The translations under genes and the position numbers were made by a program. DNA of 60,768 bases, the filler included. It is 5 parts of 5 records of this genome, joined end to end, with 100 filler letters (N's around TTAATTAATTAA, not from the genome) between each part and the next. Parts side by side here need not be neighbours in the genome. Positions count along the whole stretch, not along the records: positions 1 to 31,073 come from DRR723986_15665; 4 more parts are not named here. The stretch is one strand, 5' to 3'. This document shows positions 19,336-29,162 of this stretch, in pieces (the first letter of the stretch is position 1; the number at the start of each line of letters is the position of its first letter). The notes under the pieces were generated by a model. That model saw nothing but the letters and a program-made list of their open reading frames with translations, searched no databases and had not been told where the DNA came from.

Positions 19336-20370
19336 CTAAGTACTACGCACTCGCGCGGCGCTAATCAACGCCGGAGCCAGCAAGGCCACTACTAGAATTG
19401 CATACCAGACGCCCGCCCACAACAAAACGATGGCTGCATCCAACAAGATTAGAGTCAAAAGTGCATGCTTCACAGCCAATTGCACTTTCCGTGACACAGG
19501 ATGAGCGACTCCAGAGAACCCTCGGGCCAAGACAGTTACACCGATGAGCGCAATCAACAAGGGGTAACCTCGCACTGGGTCCAGCGTTCCCCCCATCGGT
19601 GTCGCTTCATCAGTGTACATAGGCAGACAGGCGATACATACCAAACCGGCTATCTCAAGGAGCACACCAAACAGCAACAGCCCCGACGAACTTTCATGTT
19701 CTTCTTTGAATGCGTAAACCGTCACGCCGACAATGTATGTGCCGACACCAGCAGCCAGCATCAGCAACGGCTTTGGTAATTGCAGAACCGTCTCTTCGAC
19801 GGTACCAACCGCCAACATGACAGAACCAACCATCAAGATATTGGCGGCGCGGCAGGCCCCCATTACGATTGGACCGAGAACAGTCGATTTAATCGGTGAA
19901 TTATACAACCGCACACAGCAGGACAGGCAGACGCTCGACATGAACGCAGCCCCCAGCCAAAGCTGGTTCGTCGTGTGAATCGTGCAGACCGCCAGGATGA
20001 CAATGGGACCGATCAAGAGCATGCCAGTGGCGACGTGCCCAGCGATGACTGGAGAAATTCTCCCGCGGGGCAAGGGCCGGGATGGACGGTGGATACGATC
20101 TTCTTCGATATCCACGACGTCGTTAAGAATCATGCCAGCCCAGTAGGCAAACAGCGAGGCGACCAGCGTGGGCAAAAGTGCGGAGACAGGCAACCAAGCC
20201 GAACCGACGATAATTGCCGCAGTTAGACTATTGGACAGCAACGTAAACGCAGTCGGCAAACGAACCAACTGCGTCCAGTCCGCGAGCGTGCCCCATTGGA
20301 GACGGTCAATTTCCTCGCCTGTTCGACTCTCGGCTGACAAACTCCACACTCCCTTACCGGATTGCGTCAA
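19336..20370 (-). CDS. UbiA-family prenyltransferase (EboC-like)
   Basis: LVRLP, GMILNDVVDIEEDRIHRPSRPLPRGRI, MGACRAAN. Confidence 0.85.
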   Translation of the reverse strand: MTQSGKGVWSLSAESRTGEEIDRLQWGTLADWTQLVRLPTAFTLLSNSLTAAIIVGSAWLPVSALLPTLVASLFAYWAGMILNDVVDIEEDRIHRPSRPLPRGRISPVIAGHVATGMLLIGPIVILAVCTIHTTNQLWLGAAFMSSVCLSCCVRLYNSPIKSTVLGPIVMGACRAANILMVGSVMLAVGTVEETVLQLPKPLLMLAAGVGTYIVGVTVYAFKEEHESSSGLLLFGVLLEIAGLVCIACLPMYTDEATPMGGTLDPVRGYPLLIALIGVTVLARGFSGVAHPVSRKVQLAVKHALLTLILLDAAIVLLWAGVWYAILVVALLAPALISAARVRST

Positions 20371-20431
20371 CGAGCGGGGCTCGACAAACGACTTAAACTT
20401 GAACTGCGAAACAACCAGTAACCCCTAGAGG

Positions 20432-21616
20432 CTACTTGTTCGATTTTTCCATTTCTTTCGCCAATTCAGGGTCGACGACACCAATTGCGCCACGACCATC
20501 GACCAGTCGTGCGTCGACGTTGAATTCGATATCTTCGTTGTCGATCTCCCAGAACTTGGTAATCAAGTCACTAGGCAGCGGCTCGTACGAACGAAAGATC
20601 CGAAAACCGACGCCGCGGGATGGATCGCTAGTGTACCACCACGGACTCAACGGAATGTTTGGATCTTCTTCTTTCCAAGTTTCATCATCGGAGCCAATCT
20701 TCGCTGTGCTAGTCAACATTTCAGGGTCATCCTGAAAACTGCCACCGCGAACGGCACGGTTTTCCAAAGTCTCCGACCAGCGGATCGTATCGGAGACCGA
20801 CACAGGTTGGTCTTTTTCGGCGACAGCTTCGTAACCGTCTTCCATGTAGCCGTCGATGACCCATTCCATAACATTGCCATGCATGTCGTATAGCCCGAAT
20901 GGATTCGGCTTCTTCTCTCCGACCTTGTGAGGCACTTCGTCCGAGTTGTCGTAGAACCATGCGTAGTCTTCGAGTTCGGATTCATCGTCGCCAAAGTGAA
21001 ACGCGGTGGTCGTGCCGGCTCGGCAAGCGTACTCCCATTCGGCTTCGGCAGGCAATCGATATTGTCGCCCGGTCAACTTGCTCAACCACTTCGTAAACTG
21101 CTTCGCAGAATATTGAGTCATGGTCGTGGCAGGCAAATCATCGTCCTGCCCAAACTCGTACGTAAAACTCGGATCGTACAATTCAGTTGGCGTTGTGACG
21201 GCGTCAATCTTTGTCGTTTCGTCGACCTTGCGAACGCCTCGGGACTGCAAATCCTTAAACAGCGGGTACATAGCCATGTATGCTTGGTACTGCTTCCAAG
21301 TCGTTTCGTACTTGGCGACCCACATTGGCTTAACAGCGACTTCAACCTGTGGCCCCTGGTCGTCTGCGAAGAAGTCTGAATCTTCATCAGCACCCAGAGT
21401 GAATGTTCCACCTGGGATCGGAATCATGTCGATCGTCACATCCGTGCCTGGAATTTTCAGCTCGTAGGGGACCATGTAGCCGCCGTCGACTTTGACACTT
21501 GGACCATCAGCGGGCTTCTCTTTGCTAAGCCCCAGCATCGTGGGATCTTGGCCAATGCTCACGATGGCCGGAAGCACCAGAAACAAAAGAACAGAAAAAC
21601 TAATCCGAAGCATCAT
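20432..21616 (-). CDS. FGE-sulfatase (SUMF1) domain protein, exported
   Basis: YRLPAEAEWEYACRAG, KPNPFGLYDMHGNVMEW, RGGS, GFR; probable ATG 21616. Confidence 0.9.
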   Translation of the reverse strand: MMLRISFSVLLFLVLPAIVSIGQDPTMLGLSKEKPADGPSVKVDGGYMVPYELKIPGTDVTIDMIPIPGGTFTLGADEDSDFFADDQGPQVEVAVKPMWVAKYETTWKQYQAYMAMYPLFKDLQSRGVRKVDETTKIDAVTTPTELYDPSFTYEFGQDDDLPATTMTQYSAKQFTKWLSKLTGRQYRLPAEAEWEYACRAGTTTAFHFGDDESELEDYAWFYDNSDEVPHKVGEKKPNPFGLYDMHGNVMEWVIDGYMEDGYEAVAEKDQPVSVSDTIRWSETLENRAVRGGSFQDDPEMLTSTAKIGSDDETWKEEDPNIPLSPWWYTSDPSRGVGFRIFRSYEPLPSDLITKFWEIDNEDIEFNVDARLVDGRGAIGVVDPELAKEMEKSNK

Positions 21617-21863
21617 TGCAATGTTTCTTCTCAAGTAGATTCTTCTCAAGGAAGCAAAAGGTGGGACTATCAATCTCGGGCCATGCAACTGAACCGAATG
21701 ACCCTGGGTACTCCAAGTCGACCGACTCAGTCGACTATTCAAACGCCGCGTTACCGTGCCAAACGTACTCTTTGCGGTCTGGAGCCCCCTTGGGGGACAT
21801 AATTCTAGTCAATACGCAGCCAAAGACCAATCGAGGGACGCTCATCGCCCGGATTGCAGGGCT

Positions 21864-22190
21864 TCACGCACCGGTTTGCATCAACAGATACCAGACGCCA
21901 CCAGATGCAATTGCGGCAGCAGCCAGGGACACCCGCACGCGCATTTGCCCTCGCATGGCCTTGAACGCATCCTGTCGCCCTAGAAAATCGTCCTCAGCAA
22001 GATCTTTCTTGGGGTCGAATTCAAAGGTCGGGAAGCCCGGTGGCTTGGTGACGAGAATGAAGGTCAATACAAACAAAACCGCACCGGCTGCCGCGCAGAA
22101 AGCCGCCTCGCGTGGCCCCAGCGTAAAATTTGCCGCAATGACGAAACCAACGGCGGCCAGTAAAGACGCTATTTCCGCAGCAAACTTCAA
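21864..22190 (-). CDS. Small membrane hypothetical protein
   Basis: Three hydrophobic segments; start overlaps stop of HtrA gene. Confidence 0.55.
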   Translation of the reverse strand: MKFAAEIASLLAAVGFVIAANFTLGPREAAFCAAAGAVLFVLTFILVTKPPGFPTFEFDPKKDLAEDDFLGRQDAFKAMRGQMRVRVSLAAAAIASGGVWYLLMQTGA

Positions 22191-23635
22191 CGACTCACTC
22201 GCTCGGCAAGCGTAACCTGATATGTCTGCTCTTCGCCTCGCCGGAGAACAACCACGTCCACCGTCGACTTTGCTCGAGCATCAGCGATCAAGATCTGAAG
22301 TTGCTGCACACTTTCTACGGCCGTACCGTTGAACAACAAAATGATATCGCCACGGCGCAAACCAGCTTCGCGGGCTGGCGACACTCCCTGTGGCAATGCA
22401 AGGATGACGACCATCCCATCTGAAAGCTCGCCATCTTCCTGCTTTCGCTCCGCCTTGGTTCGGTCGCGAAGTTGAACACCTAGCCACCCTCGCTTTACGC
22501 GGCCATCTGCAATCAACTCCTTGGCGACCCGCTGTGCAATTCGACTTGGAATCGCAAAACTGATCCCTTGAAACTTGTCACCAAGAATAGCCGTGTTGAC
22601 ACCAATGATCTGGCCGACTGAGTTGACTAAAGGACCGCCACTGTTGCCAGGATGCAGCGAAACATCGCTTTGCATCAGATCACCATAGAGTGGCCCTACG
22701 TTGGATTCGTTCATCCGCTCCATTGGCGGCGCGCCACCAAAATCCACACGGTGCTTGCCGCTCAAGATTCCAAAGCTGACCGTATGCTGGAAACCGAACG
22801 GGCTACCGACGGCCCAAACCGGCGCGCCGACTACAGCGTCATCGCTACTCCCCCAAGCGGACGACATTAACTCCGACGCATCGACACGCAATACAGCCAG
22901 ATCAGTCTGCGGATCCTCGCCAACCAATTCAGCGGTCATCATCTGACCATCGGCAAAAGTAACTTCAATCGGCAGTCCATCTTGCAGGACGTGCTGGTTT
23001 GTCAAAATGTAGCCGTCTTCGCTAATAACAAAGCCACTTCCCTGAGCGGCATTGCCAATCGAGGACTTACCAACATCAATATGGACGACGGTCGGGCCGA
23101 CGCGCTGGCTAACCAATTCAGAAACCGTTTCAATACTCTTGAGTGAAACGTTCGTCAGCTCCTCACCGCTAAGCTCATACTCGGCTCGCAACTCCCCGCG
23201 ATGCCAACTGTAGCGGATACTCTCGACTACTCCGGGGACCATCCACCGAACAATCAAAAGCAACGCGAGAACCATCAAGAGGCTGAGAAACGTGGACGTT
23301 GCCAGATGAAGAGCGCCATCGCTCTTCTTTTCGTTCCGCTCTGTTGAGTCAGAATCGTCACCATGGCGGGATGCGTTGAACTCGCGAATGGTCAACTTCG
23401 AACTAGGAGCCGTCGACAACTCGAGAACTGAAGCTCCAACCACTTCGTTCGGCGAGTCCCCTGTTGTTGCGGGACTCATATCGCCGGTAATTGGGCAAAT
23501 GTCAGACTGAGTCGAATGATTCAACGATTGGGAATTGCGCTGAACACCAGATGGTTGCTGAGCCCTATTCTCTCCGTCTTGATTTTCTTCATGGAGCGAC
23601 GACATTCGGCACAGCCTCCTCATTGACATGAACAT
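22187..23635 (-). CDS. HtrA/DegP-family serine protease with PDZ domain
   Basis: GSGFVI, LTNQHV, DLAVL, GNSGGPL triad; SPAREAGLRRGDII PDZ; start uncertain. Confidence 0.93.
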   Translation of the reverse strand: MFMSMRRLCRMSSLHEENQDGENRAQQPSGVQRNSQSLNHSTQSDICPITGDMSPATTGDSPNEVVGASVLELSTAPSSKLTIREFNASRHGDDSDSTERNEKKSDGALHLATSTFLSLLMVLALLLIVRWMVPGVVESIRYSWHRGELRAEYELSGEELTNVSLKSIETVSELVSQRVGPTVVHIDVGKSSIGNAAQGSGFVISEDGYILTNQHVLQDGLPIEVTFADGQMMTAELVGEDPQTDLAVLRVDASELMSSAWGSSDDAVVGAPVWAVGSPFGFQHTVSFGILSGKHRVDFGGAPPMERMNESNVGPLYGDLMQSDVSLHPGNSGGPLVNSVGQIIGVNTAILGDKFQGISFAIPSRIAQRVAKELIADGRVKRGWLGVQLRDRTKAERKQEDGELSDGMVVILALPQGVSPAREAGLRRGDIILLFNGTAVESVQQLQILIADARAKSTVDVVVLRRGEEQTYQVTLAERVSR

Positions 23636-23849
23636 TGCTGTCCCATTCTAGCCAGTTTGAGAAGCGTTCGCGGCAATGACTTCGAACTGCGGTCCACTTA
23701 GGCGCAGTTTGAAAGCATTAAACGCGTTACAAACCGAACCTTCGCAGTGAATTCGACGCCATTTTCAGTAGCGTCGCAGGTCGGGAAGAAATGCCCCCGC
23801 GTCAAGAGAAACCGCCTTTAGCCAGCGGCCCTGCTTCGCCAGATGCTGC

Positions 23850-25361
23850 TTAGCCCCGCACTAGGTAGCCAATAATTGCACCCACCAAGAGCGTCGGCGG
23901 AACAATAATGGCAATCGTCAGGGCAATAACCATCGGGGTAGACAGTTTGGAAGCCTGGTCGCTGGCGGCTGATTCCGATGGTAAAGAATCAGTAGAAACC
24001 GCTGCTGAAGAGTGATCTTCAGAAGTGTTCGCAGCAGTGTCTGGGGCCGCGTTGAGCTCCTGCTGCGCTGCCCCGCCCTGCTCCGATGAATGCGAACCAA
24101 CCGCTTGAGTCAGCCCCTCATTCGCCCCAGATGCAGCATCTTGCGATGACTCCGAGTCGAGCACGGCACTGCCAGGCCGTGTGGTGCCGTCTGCACCCAA
24201 ACTACCGACACAAGAGACTCCGGCATTATCCGTGGGAGCCGGGGGCGCCGTGTAACTAGGATCGTCAAAATGCTGCACCGGCTGCGCTGCCCAAGGAGAC
24301 TCCGTCAACGGCACGGCGTCGATATGCTCGGCATCACTGGCCCAAGGTTCCAATCGAGACGCCACTTCCGCCGCACTCGAGATACGTTTACTGACATCTT
24401 TTTCCATCATGTCGACGATGATGTCAGCAAAGTCTTCTGAGATATCAGGAACGAATTGTCGTGGGTGCAAAGGAAACTCGTACAGGTGCCGCCGCAACTT
24501 ACTCTCGGTATCGCCACCTGGAAAAGGGACCTTTCCACATACGGCGTAATAGAGCGTGCAGCCTAGTGAGTAGATATCCGACGCGGGCTTGATATCCAAA
24601 GGCGTACGAATTTGCTCAGGTGACAGATAGTCCGTCGTGCCCACAATCTTACCGGCTCGAGGATCGTTGATGAGGTCGCTAGCGAAACCGGCCAAACCAA
24701 CGTCGGACACTTTCGCCTCACCATCGGGCGTCACCAGAATATTCGCTGGCTTGACGTCACGATGCACCATTCCTTCGTCATGAGCGTATTTCAATCCGAG
24801 CGCTGCCTGCATAACAATCTGAGCAGCTTGCTGCATCGGCAAAGGCCCCTGAGCTTTGACCAATGCACGCAGATCGCGGCCGGGAACGAACTCCGTTACC
24901 AAATAGTGCACACGGCCATCTTGCCCAGCATCAAAAGCTCGCACCAAATACGGGCAATCCAGCTTTGCTTGGACGCGAATTTCATGAGCGAAACTCTTGA
25001 TCGAATCGTCCGTCGCCGTTCGAAGTACTTTGACGGCACACTCACGCCCCATCACTTGATGCACAGCCTTGTACACCTGGCCCATTCCGCCTTGGCCAAT
25101 CCAGTCGGTGACAATATACGGCCCGAGGTTCAGCTTCGTTTTGCCCTGGCTAAGCTGATTTGCTTGGTAGCTGGTCAAGTGCTGCTGCTCAATCAGAATC
25201 TCCGCCAACAGCGCATCGGAGACTGGCAATTCAGGCTCGGCCCCCTGCTGCGTCTGCCGATGCCTTGCGACGCGCAGGCAGTAGTCGAGCTGCTGGGTTG
25301 TGACCAACCCACTCGCTAGTGCTGCGCTTTGCAAAACGGAATCGGCGGCGCTAAAAACCAT
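23850..25361 (-). CDS. Hanks-type Ser/Thr protein kinase with C-terminal TM
   Basis: GQGGMGQV, AVK, HRDVKPAN, DVG, GTTDYLSPEQ, DIYSLG. Confidence 0.95.
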   Translation of the reverse strand: MVFSAADSVLQSAALASGLVTTQQLDYCLRVARHRQTQQGAEPELPVSDALLAEILIEQQHLTSYQANQLSQGKTKLNLGPYIVTDWIGQGGMGQVYKAVHQVMGRECAVKVLRTATDDSIKSFAHEIRVQAKLDCPYLVRAFDAGQDGRVHYLVTEFVPGRDLRALVKAQGPLPMQQAAQIVMQAALGLKYAHDEGMVHRDVKPANILVTPDGEAKVSDVGLAGFASDLINDPRAGKIVGTTDYLSPEQIRTPLDIKPASDIYSLGCTLYYAVCGKVPFPGGDTESKLRRHLYEFPLHPRQFVPDISEDFADIIVDMMEKDVSKRISSAAEVASRLEPWASDAEHIDAVPLTESPWAAQPVQHFDDPSYTAPPAPTDNAGVSCVGSLGADGTTRPGSAVLDSESSQDAASGANEGLTQAVGSHSSEQGGAAQQELNAAPDTAANTSEDHSSAAVSTDSLPSESAASDQASKLSTPMVIALTIAIIVPPTLLVGAIIGYLVRG

Positions 25362-25507
25362 GACCTATAATATTCTCTTGCGTAATCCTGCTGTCGCGCC
25401 ATAGTTATCGCCCAACGGCGTGGGGAGTCATTGCCTTGCTGATAATAGCATCACCTGCGACAATCGACAGCTTTAGATAAGACCTCTTCCGAGTATAACC
25501 AGAGCAT

Positions 25508-26170
25508 ATGAGCGGACGAACGATAGCGATCGGAGACATTCACGGATGCTCTGCCGCACTGGAAACTATAGTCCAAGCGATATCGCCTTCTTCTGAAGAC
25601 AAAATCGTCACGCTCGGCGATTATGTAGACCGTGGCCCAGATTCCAAGCGTGTTATCGATTTCCTAATCGAGCTGCGGAATACGTGCGAAGTGGTCGCGA
25701 TTCAGGGCAACCACGAAGAAATGATGCTGGACGTTGTCAAGCAAGGCCAAGAGCCGTCGCGGTGGCTCCAGCACGGCGGAGTCGAAACTCTAGATTCGTA
25801 CAAGTTTATTGGCGATATGAGCGTCGTTTCCAAGGAGCACCACGACTTCTTCGATTCGATGGTCGACTACCACGAAACCGACTCACACATTTTCCTTCAC
25901 GCCAACTACCACCCCGCAAAACCACTCGACGAATTGTCTGTTGCCGAACTGCGATGGATCAAGCTCACCGAAGTAACTCCTGAGCAACACTGCAGCGGCA
26001 AGCGCGCCTTTCTCGGTCACACGCACGATCGCGGTGGGGAAATCTTCGACATCGGGCACTTGGTTTGCATCGATACCTACTGCTACGGCGGGGGCTGGCT
26101 GACAGCAATGGACGTAGACTCCGGCGAGGTCTGGCAGGCTGATATCGCCGGCGACCTCCGAAAATCCTAG
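25508..26170 (+). CDS. PPP-family Ser/Thr phosphatase (metallophosphoesterase)
   Basis: GDIHG, GDYVDRG, GNHE, GHT, IDT motifs. Confidence 0.92.
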   Translation: MSGRTIAIGDIHGCSAALETIVQAISPSSEDKIVTLGDYVDRGPDSKRVIDFLIELRNTCEVVAIQGNHEEMMLDVVKQGQEPSRWLQHGGVETLDSYKFIGDMSVVSKEHHDFFDSMVDYHETDSHIFLHANYHPAKPLDELSVAELRWIKLTEVTPEQHCSGKRAFLGHTHDRGGEIFDIGHLVCIDTYCYGGGWLTAMDVDSGEVWQADIAGDLRKS

Positions 26171-26515
26171 CTGGCGCAAACCATCCGAACCACGACGCCA
26201 ATATCGCAGAAACACCGCCTCAAAGCGGCCCTGCGTGTCCGAAGCCACTTGGCTGTGCAAGCGATCACGGCAAGTTGCTGTCATTGCGGCCCGCACGCAA
26301 CGGCGACCCCGCCGCGTCAAAGCCAACTTAACCGTTAAATCTTACCAAGTTGGCTCAATCCCTCTGACCGGCATAGCCGATCAACTTTGTACGGGCACTA
26401 CTGCATAGGTATTGCTGCGCGAGGTTCTTGCGCAAACAAGTATCCAGGACCGAGCCCGTGTTGAAGACGCGAGCAACATTCGTTGCTATCAAAACAAACC
26501 GTCGGGAGTCAGCCG

Positions 26516-28048
26516 ATGCTTGGCAAGTTTCTAGGCACATTCAATCCGGTCACGAACCGATCCGTTGCGACGTTGGTCGCATGCTTGGTCGCCACAGTCT
26601 GCTGCGAGGCGGTTTGCTGCCAGGTAGCACTCGGGCAGCTTCGTTCGGGGCGAGTCTCGCGTGAACTCTACGCAGATCAACAGACCGACTCGCGCTCGAG
26701 TACCGCTCAGGCGCAATCGGTCGTCCCGGCATCCTACTCGAACTCAAGCAGTGATGACCAGATCGCACTTGCATCCTGTGACTCGTGCGACGCGGGTGGC
26801 CATATGGTCGACCACGGCACCATCAACCATTTTACGCACGACCATTCGACACACTCTCATTCGAGTTGCGGCTGCGGTTCTTCGGCTTGTTCTGATTGTT
26901 GTGATGCAGGTTTCTACGACCTCGCACCAGGCGCATCGATGCGAAGCTTCGGTGGTCGCGGACCACTCATGAGCCTTTGGTGTCGATTGGCGGTTCGCGC
27001 CGAAGTACCACTGTACTGGCGACGGTCGGCAAATCCACCGCCACTGGTCACCACCAGCCCTGACGGAACGCCCAGCGGAACTGCTGGACAGTTGCCAGCC
27101 GGCGACACGACGAGCATCTTGCTAGGCGGCAGCCCACTGAACAGTGAAGCAAATGCGGGCTTTCGACTCACCCTGAGCACGTGGCTTGGCAATAACAAGA
27201 AATATGGGCTGATGTTTCGTTACTGGACCGCCGGCGATCAGGACGACACGTTCAATTTTTCTTCAGCAACTCATCCGATCCTTGCACGACCGTTCTTCGA
27301 CACTTCCGTCCTTGGAAGCGAACAGCAGTCATCCCAGCTTATCGCCTTCACGGGTCAAAGCACGGGTTCGATCGCAGTTGCGACAACTTCCCAGGTACAA
27401 GGTGTTGACCTAGGCATCCGCCGACTGCTCTACCAAGATCGTTTCACTCGAGTCGATTGGCTGTGGGGTTATAAGAACATGTCCGTTGAAGAAGGGTTAA
27501 CCATCCGCTCCAACACGAGCGTTTTTGGCAATCAGAATCCACTCCTGACCGGTTCGCAAATCGACGTAATCGATGACTTCCGAACAGAAAATGACTTCAA
27601 CGGTGTCTCCTACGGCATCATGAGCACTCGCCACTTCGCTCGCTGGAAAATGGAGTCGATGTTCCGACTTGGAGCTGGAAACTTGCGGCGACGTGTCAAC
27701 ATCGCTGGCAGCACAACCACCACCAGCGGTGCCGGTGCGGTTAATCAAACCAGCGAAGGGCTGCTTGCTCGAGCAACCAACCGTCAGCCATTCGAAGACG
27801 ACACCTTTGTTGTTGTTCCAGAAGTCGCGTTCAGTCTAGCTTATGCAATTCGTCCTGGTCTCGACTTCAATGTCGGCTACCACTACATGATGCTGCCGAA
27901 AGTGGCCCAGGCCAGCCAGCAAATCAACGACGACCTAGCCGTGAATCTGTCCGACCCGTTGACCGGCTCACTTGATCCGCAGCTAAACTTCGACGAACGT
28001 CGCTATTGGGTGCAGTCACTCGGTTTGGGTCTGCAGTGGCGATACTAG
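26516..28048 (+). CDS. BBP7-family outer-membrane beta-barrel protein
   Basis: PPLVTTS, ILARPFF, DDFRTENDFNG, C-terminal GLGLQWRY; Cys/His-rich N-terminal region. Confidence 0.8.
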   Translation: MLGKFLGTFNPVTNRSVATLVACLVATVCCEAVCCQVALGQLRSGRVSRELYADQQTDSRSSTAQAQSVVPASYSNSSSDDQIALASCDSCDAGGHMVDHGTINHFTHDHSTHSHSSCGCGSSACSDCCDAGFYDLAPGASMRSFGGRGPLMSLWCRLAVRAEVPLYWRRSANPPPLVTTSPDGTPSGTAGQLPAGDTTSILLGGSPLNSEANAGFRLTLSTWLGNNKKYGLMFRYWTAGDQDDTFNFSSATHPILARPFFDTSVLGSEQQSSQLIAFTGQSTGSIAVATTSQVQGVDLGIRRLLYQDRFTRVDWLWGYKNMSVEEGLTIRSNTSVFGNQNPLLTGSQIDVIDDFRTENDFNGVSYGIMSTRHFARWKMESMFRLGAGNLRRRVNIAGSTTTTSGAGAVNQTSEGLLARATNRQPFEDDTFVVVPEVAFSLAYAIRPGLDFNVGYHYMMLPKVAQASQQINDDLAVNLSDPLTGSLDPQLNFDERRYWVQSLGLGLQWRY

Positions 28049-28079
28049 TAGCCTCCACTTAACGCACGCCGCCGAACCT

Positions 28080-28472
28080 ATGACCGACCCATTTGCGCAC
28101 GCCCCAATCAGCCAACTAGTCGGTCTAGAAGTTCAACCCGGAGAATCGGGTGAGGCCCTGGTGTATCTGAACGTGGACGGGCGCATGCACAATCCGATGG
28201 GTTTTGTGCACGGCGGAGTCATCTCGCTACTTGCCGACGCCGCCATGGGAATTGCCTTCGGCAGGACGCTGGAGGGCGACAAACACAGTTTTGCAACCGT
28301 CGAGATGAAAGTCAGTTACATTCGTCCGACCAAGCAGGCACGCTTGGCTTGCGTCGCCAAGCTGGTCACCCGCGGACTGCGCATCGGTTTCGTTGAGTGC
28401 GAGATCAAAGACAACCGCAGCCGTCTTATCGCAACAGCAAGTTGCACCTGCTCAGTAAACTCGCTCGAATAG
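28080..28472 (+). CDS. PaaI family thioesterase
   Basis: NPMGFVHGGVISLLADAAMG. Confidence 0.92.
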   Translation: MTDPFAHAPISQLVGLEVQPGESGEALVYLNVDGRMHNPMGFVHGGVISLLADAAMGIAFGRTLEGDKHSFATVEMKVSYIRPTKQARLACVAKLVTRGLRIGFVECEIKDNRSRLIATASCTCSVNSLE

Positions 28473-28530
28473 GAGGTTCGGATTCGACGAATTGCCTTCA
28501 GGCCTGCACTCTTAACACCTGAGGTATCGG

Positions 28531-28989
28531 TCACCAACTAGCATTGATGACATCACTGTATTCTTCGGTAAAAGTTGTCATGCAGCGACCGTGGGCAACA
28601 TTGAGATTGGAATCCGAGAGCGCAGCAGAGACGCCCTTCCTTCCCAGTTCCCGAAGGGACTCCGTAACGGCAGCCTCGCTATCACAAATGAAAATGCACT
28701 GGTGTAAACTCTGCTCACAAATACCACGTGCGTTGTTAAGGTCGCCCTCTTCAAACGCCTGAATAACCCGCCCGTAGGTTGCATCGACTAGGGCATCGCG
28801 TTCCGATTTTGCAAGGGAAGCCTGCCGCTCAGATTTCCCTTTCCAATACCCGATGCCATCCTCGGGGTGAACCAGGTCTCCAACGACAATGAGGGCAAGA
28901 GTCGTGAGCAGAGGGCTACCAGCACTACAGGCTCTTTCGGTGAATAGCTCCGCGTTCTTCCAGATATTCTCGGCTTGATGTCTACTCAT
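28531..28989 (-). CDS. Hypothetical protein
   Basis: 152-aa ATG ORF filling the intergenic space; no recognised motif. Confidence 0.5.
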   Translation of the reverse strand: MSRHQAENIWKNAELFTERACSAGSPLLTTLALIVVGDLVHPEDGIGYWKGKSERQASLAKSERDALVDATYGRVIQAFEEGDLNNARGICEQSLHQCIFICDSEAAVTESLRELGRKGVSAALSDSNLNVAHGRCMTTFTEEYSDVINASW

Positions 28990-29110
28990 TTGCGTGCCAA
29001 ACCGTTCGCCAAAGCCTGAATATAACGCCCTTGCTTTAGCGTTCTATTCTTCGAGTCGATCAACAACAGCGTAGCAATTTGCAGCGACTAATCAACAACT
29101 CTGTTGACCA

Positions 29111-29136
29111 CCCAAGCCGCGTGGGCGCGGCTTGGG
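29111..29136 (-). terminator. Stem-loop downstream of the protease gene
   Basis: CCCAAGCCGCG-TGGG-CGCGGCTTGGG; no U-tract. Confidence 0.5.
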
Positions 29137-29162
29137 AGTGAGATTGGCGGTCGAAAGTTGGC

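Noticed and set aside
19336-20370. Complete ebo cluster around the EboC-like prenyltransferase
   Set aside because: No eboA/B/D/E/F-like genes adjacent
29015-29110. Possible integron attC site beside the orphan ORF (ATATAAC / GTTATAT)
   Set aside because: No complementary partner box or extended imperfect palindrome found; no integrase in the window
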